A stretch of DNA of 64,000 nucleotides from a virus. The stretch is taken from positions 37,047 through 101,046 of the IMG/VR virus record IMGVR_UViG_3300021957_000009; one strand, given 5' to 3'. This document shows positions 57,236-64,000 of this stretch, piece after piece (the first letter of the stretch is position 1; each line of letters opens with the position of its first letter). The notes beneath the pieces are model-generated. The model did no database searches, was not told where the DNA came from, and saw nothing but the letters and a program-made list of their open reading frames with translations. A program made the position numbers and the translations under genes.

Positions 57236-57681
57236 TACATCCCGCTAGTAAATTTGTTCCATTCAATAATATTTTTAATGTTCTGATGTCTCCACTTAAT
57301 GTTGTCAAGTATTTCTTTTAAAGTGTCAACTAGTTCTTGCGTGTAGTGCATTTTAGCTTGATGTTCTTGAATGAGTGGGTCCGCATCGTACCACTTATCC
57401 ATATCCCCTTTCAGCACTGTAAGTCCGTTCAAAGGATCGTAACCCCATCCTTTAGAATCCATTTCTTCTTGCGTGAGTTTACCGTTATAGTGCATGAATT
57501 TATCTTTCAATAAGACTTTAAATTCTAAGTCAAGCTTTTTAAATCTAAGTTTATTTATTGAGTATAACTCTAGGTACTTCGAATGAAGCTTTGCCGAATC
57601 TCTTGCCGATTGGTCTAATTGAAGCTCGTCTATAATCGAGTCTTTCTTCCACATCTCAAGTATTGTTTCTAAATTATTCAT
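57235..57681 (-). CDS. uvsY: Recombination mediator UvsY
   Basis: W.KDS.ID, LHSKYL, IKNIIEW.KF; synteny. Confidence 0.88.
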   Translation of the reverse strand: MNNLETILEMWKKDSIIDELQLDQSARDSAKLHSKYLELYSINKLRFKKLDLEFKVLLKDKFMHYNGKLTQEEMDSKGWGYDPLNGLTVLKGDMDKWYDADPLIQEHQAKMHYTQELVDTLKEILDNIKWRHQNIKNIIEWNKFTSGM

Positions 57682-57740
57682 AATATCTCCATAGTATATC
57701 TATATGTGTACAAACACCGCCAAAAAGTAAACCGATATGT

Positions 57741-58199
57741 TTACTTGATTTCGTAGTATGTATACTTTAATGTCACGTCAGCTTGCAGGTATTCTATATC
57801 TGTTTGCTGAGTAGAAAATTCAACAGCAGATAGATTAGTAGGGAAACAGTCTCTAAAAGTAATCTCTTTCGTGACGTTATTGTGACTACTTAAAATAGAT
57901 AAAGTTGCATCAGACTTAAACGCTTCGCCTTTTTCAATAATCTTGTGCATCCAATTAAACATTTCAATATAGTTCTCCATATCTTCTGTTACGTTAAATC
58001 GTATTGCAAGATCACCGAAAGTAATCCTATCACCTGTAAAAGCCAAGTTAGATCCTTTGTAAGGATTCGGTGCTTCACCCAATGATAAGTCGGGAAGAGT
58101 TACAGCTGTACAAAAATACTCAACATTAGCATATTGAGTAGAATCTATTTTAAATTGAAATCCAGTAGGACTCAAAAAGTTTTTATTTTGTGTAGTCAT
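57741..58199 (-). CDS. 3: Tail tube terminator/completion protein gp3
   Basis: NFLSPTGF.F, EDMENY, FPTNLS; synteny. Confidence 0.8.
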   Translation of the reverse strand: MTTQNKNFLSPTGFQFKIDSTQYANVEYFCTAVTLPDLSLGEAPNPYKGSNLAFTGDRITFGDLAIRFNVTEDMENYIEMFNWMHKIIEKGEAFKSDATLSILSSHNNVTKEITFRDCFPTNLSAVEFSTQQTDIEYLQADVTLKYTYYEIK

Positions 58200-58204
58200 A
58201 TATC

Positions 58205-58212
58205 TATTTATA
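58205..58212 (-). promoter_or_regulatory. Late promoter TATAAATA (gp3)
   Basis: Exact consensus 5 nt before ATG. Confidence 0.75.
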
Positions 58213-58266
58213 CTCTTTAAATGTTAGAATGTGCCATCCTTGGCCGGTTAACTCCTAAAACTTTAC

Positions 58267-58470
58267 TTATTTAGCTTTGGTCTCTTCAACACCAGTCTTA
58301 TCGGCAACACTTTTAATTGTTCCAGATACTACATCTAAAGTGCCAGTAGTAACTCCAGCAACGTCAGACGCAACACCACCAACAATATTCTTAGTGCCAT
58401 CAATTACTGAGTCAACTGTATTACAACCAGCTAACAAAACTACTGTCATTAATGCAAAAATCTTATGCAT
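58267..58470 (-). CDS. Small lipoprotein (entericidin-like architecture)
   Basis: LAGC lipobox then NTV and amphipathic G/V/T-rich helix; AGGAG RBS. Confidence 0.8.
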   Translation of the reverse strand: MHKIFALMTVVLLAGCNTVDSVIDGTKNIVGGVASDVAGVTTGTLDVVSGTIKSVADKTGVEETKAK

Positions 58471-58562
58471 GATAATCTCCTATCCTGTAATTCCGGGGGT
58501 GGTTTCCTATCCACTCATGTGCAGTACGTACCACTTGATACGCAGAACGTCTTCCTTACATC

Positions 58563-58570
58563 TATTTATA
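58563..58570 (-). promoter_or_regulatory. Late promoter TATAAATA (lipoprotein)
   Basis: Exact consensus just after the gp23 terminator. Confidence 0.75.
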
Positions 58571-58575
58571 CACAT

Positions 58576-58600
58576 AAAAAAAGGGACCCGAAGGTCCCTT
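58576..58600 (-). terminator. Intrinsic terminator after gp23
   Basis: GGGACC-TTCG-GGTCCC plus T7. Confidence 0.92.
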
Positions 58601-58621
58601 AATCGCATATCTAATTAAAGA

Positions 58622-59977
58622 TTAGCTGTTCTGCATGATTCCGTCTACTCTAAAGATTCTAAAGTATGGGTTTTCTCTTGCAGTACCAGTACCGTTAGAG
58701 GCTACATATGGGTTAGCGACCATGCCGTATCTAGTTTTGAAACCGATTCTTGGCTGGAAGTCTTCTTCACCAATTGCTTTAACCATAGTTAAAGGAACGT
58801 ATGGGCAATAGAAGATACCTGCGTCATATGGAGTATTACCTCTGTAACCTACAGTTACGTAGTCAGGGTTAGTACCAGTTGCATATGGATCAACATATAC
58901 TTTGAACTTACCGTTAAGAACACCAGCAAAAGTATTACCAGTATCATCAACATTCAGTGAAGTATTCAAAGCTGGGCTGTAGTCAAGCATTCCAGAAGCT
59001 GCTAGGATTGAAGCAACGTCAGAAGAACAGATAATATAGTTACCTTTTCCTCTTCTTGTTTCTTTAGCAATAACATTAGCTTCTCTTTCGATCTGTACAA
59101 TAAGACCTTTTGCTTTTTCAGCCAACCATCTGCCGTCTGAATCAGTGTGCAAGTTAAAGATACCTTTAACAGCAACGCTTGATTGTCCAGCACCTAGCTT
59201 AGCTTTTTGGTTTACAGTTCTAACAACTTCTCTGTTGATTTCCGCAAGGATTTCAGAAGAAAGGATGTTAGCAAGTTCACCTTCAGCGTCTAGACCGTGC
59301 ACAGCTTTAAGATCTTGTGCAAGTTCCATTGTGTACTCAGCTTTAAGAGCTCTTGACTTAGCAGTAACAGTAGACTTATCGATTGAGAAAGCCATCTCAC
59401 CGAAAGTAGTACCGCCGCCATCACCTAGTGCTTCAGATTGAGCAGTAGTTAGACCACCACCAACTGTTGAGAAAATCTCACCAGCAGTTTCACCAGTATT
59501 CAAATCACCGTCACCACTATCAACAGCAGCTTCTAGACCAGAAGGACCTGCTTCTTGAGTACCGCCACCTGAGAAAGCTGTATTAGCTTCATCAAACAAT
59601 GCTTCAGTACCGTCTTGAGTGCTATAGTTTGACTTCATAGCAAAGATAAGACCAGTAGGACCTGACATAGGTTGTACACCAGCGATATCATAAGCGATAA
59701 GGTTAGGCATAGCTCTTCTTACTAAAGAGATAAGAACAGGATCAAATCCTGCAATCTCACCTGCAGTAGCACCCATACCAGCGCCTACGGCATTAGCATG
59801 TACTTCTGAGATCATGTTACCTTTTACAGCATGAGCTTCTTCTCTTGCTGCGATTTCTTGGTTCTCTAACAATCGAGCAGTTACTGCTGCTTTATGACTG
59901 TCTTGAATTGATGGAACATCTGCGTGCCCGAGAACTGGAGCCCACTTTTCCATTAAGTTTTTGTCTGCGTTAAACAT
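58622..59977 (-). CDS. 23: Major capsid protein gp23
   Basis: LVRRAMPNLIAYD..GVQPM.GPTGLIFA, ELAQDLKAVHG, FYCPYVPL, GFKTRYG. Confidence 0.98.
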   Translation of the reverse strand: MFNADKNLMEKWAPVLGHADVPSIQDSHKAAVTARLLENQEIAAREEAHAVKGNMISEVHANAVGAGMGATAGEIAGFDPVLISLVRRAMPNLIAYDIAGVQPMSGPTGLIFAMKSNYSTQDGTEALFDEANTAFSGGGTQEAGPSGLEAAVDSGDGDLNTGETAGEIFSTVGGGLTTAQSEALGDGGGTTFGEMAFSIDKSTVTAKSRALKAEYTMELAQDLKAVHGLDAEGELANILSSEILAEINREVVRTVNQKAKLGAGQSSVAVKGIFNLHTDSDGRWLAEKAKGLIVQIEREANVIAKETRRGKGNYIICSSDVASILAASGMLDYSPALNTSLNVDDTGNTFAGVLNGKFKVYVDPYATGTNPDYVTVGYRGNTPYDAGIFYCPYVPLTMVKAIGEEDFQPRIGFKTRYGMVANPYVASNGTGTARENPYFRIFRVDGIMQNS

Positions 59978-59997
59978 TTTTAGTTTCCCCTATTAGA

Positions 59998-61131
59998 CTA
60001 TTTGTTAAATTTTGAAATAGCTGAAGTGTATCTAGCCATAACATCACTGATATCAGCCGGAGCCTCGTCAGTACCAACTAAGTTTTGAGCTTCATCTACT
60101 GATTCTTGAGCTTCAGATCTGAAGTATGATTCTTTAACAACATTCACTTTCATTTCGAAAGATTCTGCGTCGTCAAAATCAATATCTTCTACCAAAGATG
60201 CAAGCTTTTCAGCTTCAGTCAATGCTAGCCCAGAAGATGCATTTCTTACAACTTCGGCTCTTTCCAATGAGGAAACAGACTCAGTCAGTGCGATATTATC
60301 TTCCGTTGATTTATTTAATGATTCTTCCAGTTCAGCAACTTGGTCGGCTAATTCGTCGACTAGGTCTACCTTACCTTCAGGAACCTCGATATAGTGCTCT
60401 TTAAACACTGATTGTAAAGAAGACATAAAGTCCTCAGCAATCTCAGTCCTAAGACCAGTACTTACTGCAACTTCGTTCTCTGTCATCCAGTTAGTAACAA
60501 CATAGTTAAGATAAGAATCTACCTTTTCTACGAGCTCTGACTTGATTTCAGTTACTTCTTCTTCAAGATTTGCGACATACTCAGATTCCAGTCTATCAAT
60601 CTCTGCACCTACTTTAGATTTTAAAGCAGCTTCAAAGATGATTCCAGCCTTTGCCTGAAAACCGTCGGATAGTGTAGCTTCTTCAGCCACCAATGAATCC
60701 AAATCTTCAGAGTAGTCAATATGGTCGACATTTACGTCTTCCTTAACTGGCTTCTCTTCTTCTTCGTCATCACCTTCATCACTTTCCATAGTTTTACAAA
60801 CACTTGCATAAATCTTTTGTGCGTCTAGTTTTTTTGATTTCTTCAACATATCATTTACTGATGCCATAATAGCAGCCTTAGTTTTAGGCATTTCGACTAC
60901 AGGTTTTTCGTCTTCGTCGTCATCCTCATCGGAATCTTCCTTAACTTCTTCTTCGTCTTCGTCGTCTTCATCAGACTCCTTGACTTCCTCTTCGTCATCA
61001 TCCTTCTCTTCAGCTTCTTTTCTAGCTTTAGCTTCTATGATTTCTTCGTCTTGAACTTGTTCGTCTTCAACGAGCTCCTCACTTTCTGATACGTCTTCGA
61101 CTAAACCATATTTATTTTCGTCATTAGACAT
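59998..61131 (-). CDS. 22: Prohead core scaffold gp22
   Basis: Acidic coiled coil, IFEAA, VDSYLNYV..WM.EN; synteny. Confidence 0.9.
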   Translation of the reverse strand: MSNDENKYGLVEDVSESEELVEDEQVQDEEIIEAKARKEAEEKDDDEEEVKESDEDDEDEEEVKEDSDEDDDEDEKPVVEMPKTKAAIMASVNDMLKKSKKLDAQKIYASVCKTMESDEGDDEEEEKPVKEDVNVDHIDYSEDLDSLVAEEATLSDGFQAKAGIIFEAALKSKVGAEIDRLESEYVANLEEEVTEIKSELVEKVDSYLNYVVTNWMTENEVAVSTGLRTEIAEDFMSSLQSVFKEHYIEVPEGKVDLVDELADQVAELEESLNKSTEDNIALTESVSSLERAEVVRNASSGLALTEAEKLASLVEDIDFDDAESFEMKVNVVKESYFRSEAQESVDEAQNLVGTDEAPADISDVMARYTSAISKFNK

Positions 61132-61145
61132 AATTTATTCTCCTA

Positions 61146-61799
61146 TTAAGAATTTACAAGTTTAGAGAGGAAATTTTTAAAAGCTTTAATCTCTACATCA
61201 GATGATCTCATGTTTCGAGCTTCCTTGATTTCAGTCTCAATTTTCTCAACTTCTTGTGGGCAAAGTACACCATTATTCCATACCCAATCAACACCTTCCA
61301 TAATTCCATTGACAAATGCCTCTGGAGCTGAAGGATCCTGAACGATATCTACGGTAGACAACATAAAGTCATCTTTCACATACATAGTGCCATTTTTTTG
61401 CACAAGACTTCCCATACCACGACTTGATACACCAAGCTTAACGCCACCTTCGAGAAGACCTTTTACGATCTGTCCCATAGGGGTTTCTAAGATTGATGCC
61501 TTTCCAATAACATTACTTCCGTCAAATTTGAGTTCAGTAATCTTATGTGAAACTTTATCTAAGTTAATAGTAGGACCTTCAGGGTGGTTTAATTCCCCAA
61601 CGGCTCTACCTTGACTTACTTGTTCTTTTACATATTTGTTAACTGCATTTTCTAAAATGCTCTTTTCATATATCCGGCCATTTCTATTCTTGGCATCGGC
61701 TTGCATGAAAACACCCTCTATGCAAAGGGTCTTTTTACCGTTAACTTTCTCTTCAATAACCTCTAGGTTATTGTCGTTATATTCTGCTATAAGTTTCAT
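61146..61799 (-). CDS. 21: Prohead protease gp21
   Basis: NRNGRIY, GELNHP, GVSSRGMGS, DPSAP. Confidence 0.95.
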   Translation of the reverse strand: MKLIAEYNDNNLEVIEEKVNGKKTLCIEGVFMQADAKNRNGRIYEKSILENAVNKYVKEQVSQGRAVGELNHPEGPTINLDKVSHKITELKFDGSNVIGKASILETPMGQIVKGLLEGGVKLGVSSRGMGSLVQKNGTMYVKDDFMLSTVDIVQDPSAPEAFVNGIMEGVDWVWNNGVLCPQEVEKIETEIKEARNMRSSDVEIKAFKNFLSKLVNS

Positions 61800-61815
61800 T
61801 TACTTATTTCCGTTG

Positions 61816-61983
61816 TTATTCCTCTTCTTTAGAGGCCTGCCTGTCTTGTAATGAAGAAGCAATTTCAATCTTCTTTGCATCAAGAGCAGCAGTTAATTTA
61901 TCGGCCATAACGGAATTAAACTGCTTACTAGCAGCAACGTTATCGCCATTTTTTACATCATTAATTAAATTTTCAATACTCAT
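61816..61983 (-). CDS. Small prohead core protein (gp67-like, 55 aa), not in ORF track
   Basis: Manual translation MSIENLINDVKNGD...; AAGGA RBS; synteny. Confidence 0.7.
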   Translation of the reverse strand: MSIENLINDVKNGDNVAASKQFNSVMADKLTAALDAKKIEIASSLQDRQASKEEE

Positions 61984-62004
61984 TTATTTTTGTCCTTCGT
62001 TATA

Positions 62005-62012
62005 TATTTATA
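62005..62012 (-). promoter_or_regulatory. Late promoter TATAAATA
   Basis: Exact consensus. Confidence 0.8.
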
Positions 62013-62017
62013 ATATT

Positions 62018-63508
62018 TTAAATGTCAAGGTCGTCATCATCTTCAATATCGCCTGATGCTTTTTCAGCAGCGATTTGTTTTTGAATTTCAGCGATCTCAT
62101 CATCAGTTTGTCGTAAGATATTCTTACGAATCCATTCATTTGATACGTATTTTCCAACATACTCATCCATTTGAGCTAACATTTCGAAACGTTCTCTTGT
62201 TATCTCAGATTCTTTTAATTCACTAAAGTAATTATCTTCAATAAAGTCAAAGTATATATCTTCCTTCCATTTCAACCAATCTTCTTTAGTAATAATGCCT
62301 TTCAGCATTAACTGCGTTTTTAGCAATTGTAAGAATAGATCACTAAACCTCTTTCTCAATCTATCTAAAAACTTCTTAAACTTAACCTCATCTCTAGTGA
62401 TCTCAGTAGATCTACCTAGATTAAATCCAGACTCTTGCTCTAAACGATTAGCTGGAACGTTGAGCGACTTGTACAGCTTCTTTTGGAAGTAGATGATGTC
62501 GTCGATTTGTCCGAGGTTTTCCCCGCCGGGTAACGTTGAAATTTCTGTACCTCTACCACCTTCTCTACGCGGTAGGAAGAAGTCTTCCAACATCGACATG
62601 TGCTTACGATCATCTTTAATATCTCCAGTCTTAGCATCGTATACTAATTTATTTCTATACTGACCCATGATATTTTTTAAGTATTCTTCAGCTTTACCTT
62701 TAGGAAGGTTACCTACATCAATATAAAAAATTCTTCTTTCCGGAGCTCTACTTATTCTGTATATAACCAATGAGTCTTCCATCATTCTTAATTGATTAAC
62801 TGGTTTAATCGCTTTATGTAAGAATGATAATATTCTTTTACGACTTGGATCTAACATTCCTGAAGTACAATATGCTATTGAGTCAGGGTGTATCTTTAAT
62901 CCTTTGTCGTCACCCTGCATCTTAGTATCTTGGAACAAAAAGTACTCTTCAGACTTTTTAATAATTCTTGCACCAGTTCTAGGATCGGTTTCTTCTTCTA
63001 TTTCTTTGATCTTTCTTAGTTTAGTTGGATCAATATATCTTAATTCTTGAATACCCTTCTTAGGGTTTTTGTTGTCGATAATGATATGATACGGCAATCT
63101 ACCGTCTACATACCATTTTCTAAAAATATCGTGTGAGTAACTATTAAATTTGAGTAATGAGATAATATTCTCAAACTCTTCTTTCATAAGTTTCTTTATT
63201 TTATCAGATGCTTCCATTTCATCCATAACAATTTCAATAGGTGCTGACTTATTGTCACCTACAATTGCTTCATTTATAATATCCTCTACGGCTGCATCGC
63301 ATTCTGGATGTGAAGCAACATCTCTATATTTGTATATAAGATCTACTTCGTTTTTTGCAGTATCACCGTCAATATCAACATACTGGCCAAAGTGACCACC
63401 ACTGTTAATAACGCCAACACCGTCTTCGTCTGTGTCCGGAACAAAGGAAGGAAGCTCTGGAAGCTTTTGCCCCTTTCTATTGATCTCAAAACCAAAAAGT
63501 TCTGCCAT
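62018..63508 (-). CDS. 20: Portal protein gp20
   Basis: WYVDGR, NQLRMMED..VIYR..RAPERRIFYIDVGN, LPRREG. Confidence 0.97.
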   Translation of the reverse strand: MAELFGFEINRKGQKLPELPSFVPDTDEDGVGVINSGGHFGQYVDIDGDTAKNEVDLIYKYRDVASHPECDAAVEDIINEAIVGDNKSAPIEIVMDEMEASDKIKKLMKEEFENIISLLKFNSYSHDIFRKWYVDGRLPYHIIIDNKNPKKGIQELRYIDPTKLRKIKEIEEETDPRTGARIIKKSEEYFLFQDTKMQGDDKGLKIHPDSIAYCTSGMLDPSRKRILSFLHKAIKPVNQLRMMEDSLVIYRISRAPERRIFYIDVGNLPKGKAEEYLKNIMGQYRNKLVYDAKTGDIKDDRKHMSMLEDFFLPRREGGRGTEISTLPGGENLGQIDDIIYFQKKLYKSLNVPANRLEQESGFNLGRSTEITRDEVKFKKFLDRLRKRFSDLFLQLLKTQLMLKGIITKEDWLKWKEDIYFDFIEDNYFSELKESEITRERFEMLAQMDEYVGKYVSNEWIRKNILRQTDDEIAEIQKQIAAEKASGDIEDDDDLDI

Positions 63509-63562
63509 TTTCTATTTACCTCAATATTATCGGAGGGGAGATTAACTCCCCTCGTTTAATAT

Positions 63563-63570
63563 TATTTATA
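63563..63570 (-). promoter_or_regulatory. Late promoter TATAAATA followed by GC-rich leader hairpin (63533-63553)
   Basis: Exact consensus; GAGGGGAG/CTCCCCTC stem without T-tract. Confidence 0.75.
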
Positions 63571-63576
63571 CAGCTT

Positions 63577-63999
63577 TTAAGAAGTAGTATTTGACTCCCA
63601 ATATTGTACCTGTAACTCAACTGTAAATTCTTCAATCTGATTTTCATTATCGTATGAAAGTTCGATTGTAGAAAGATTAGTTGGGAAACAACCACGCATA
63701 TCGTAAGTCTTAGTTACTTCGCCTTGCTTGTTTAACTGCTCAACAATAATGTCAGCCATATAATCAGTAGGATTACTTTGACCAGTGTTATTGTTGTGTT
63801 CGCTAATACCATTCATCCATCTTTCGAATGAGTTTCTTACTTCAAAACCAGTATCATTAATCACTGTTAAAGATACAGGTTCAAAAGTTCTGTCACCAGC
63901 TAGTTGTAGTTGTCTGCCTCTGAATAATACAGGGACAGGAGCTACGACTGATGAAGGAAACTGAGCACCCTTAATCATGAAGGAAGATAGTTCAACGTC
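63577..63999 (-). CDS. 19: Tail tube protein gp19 (5'-truncated by window edge)
   Basis: FRGR..AGDRTF, IEEFTV; frame open to window end. Confidence 0.9.
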   Translation of the reverse strand, partial: DVELSSFMIKGAQFPSSVVAPVPVLFRGRQLQLAGDRTFEPVSLTVINDTGFEVRNSFERWMNGISEHNNNTGQSNPTDYMADIIVEQLNKQGEVTKTYDMRGCFPTNLSTIELSYDNENQIEEFTVELQVQYWESNTTS

Positions 64000-64000
64000 A

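Noticed and set aside
57697-57735. TGTACA and GTTTAC words upstream of uvsY as an early promoter
   Set aside because: No TATAAT at 17-nt spacing on either strand; a TATAGATA late-type variant at 57697-57704 is more plausible
58471-58562. Glutamine (glnA) riboswitch suggested by CGUUC and GGAAG words
   Set aside because: Element order and pairing do not fit; kept only as an unassigned structured leader
60880-61090. Low-complexity repeats in the gp22 N-terminus and the acidic linker at about 50990-51190
   Set aside because: Explained by Asp/Glu-rich coding sequence normal for these proteins
66-63395. Plus-strand ORFs in the track and short alternative-frame minus ORFs
   Set aside because: They lie antisense to or inside well-supported genes and have no recognisable motifs; treated as shadow ORFs
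1-64000. Stop-codon reassignment, introns or inteins in core genes
   Set aside because: gp43, nrdA/B, gp41, gp20, gp23 and gp46 are uninterrupted and of expected size under the standard code

Overview
64 kb of an AT-rich T4-like (myovirus) phage genome, with essentially all genes on the minus strand. It is probably marine (PhoH-exonuclease, Hsp20, CobS/VWA pair) and the host is probably a gammaproteobacterium, inferred from an E. coli-like bS21. In transcription order (right to left) it contains: tail tube, portal, prohead core, protease, scaffold and capsid (gp19-gp23); gp3, UvsY, UvsW, gp55, gp47/46, VWA+AAA, gp45/44/62, RegA, Hsp20 and gp43; an AEP-type primase; a nucleotide/DNA-modification operon with tRNA-Arg; bS21, UvsX, gp41 and ThyX; a ~12 kb late block whose proteins mostly start with a T4 internal-protein-like capsid-targeting sequence; spanins plus a lipase; NrdAB/glutaredoxin, RNase H, PhoH, a fibre-like protein and a lysozyme. 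The best candidate for a new system is the operon at 33070-38609. It pairs a dCMP-type hydroxymethylase (gp42) with a divergent amino-acid:DNA-transferase-like protein, a fold-II PLP enzyme and an apparent beta-glucosyltransferase-N-domain/SGNH fusion, with no recognisable DNA kinase, suggesting an undescribed cytosine hypermodification. Second is a putative capsid-delivered enzyme set (ligase-like, kinase, HxGH nucleotidyltransferase). Non-coding signals include a TGTACA-N17-TATAAT promoter family with one orphan antisense copy, 33-bp-period repeats before gp43, and a bulged hairpin repeated in two late leaders. All family assignments are by eye from motifs; no searches were run.
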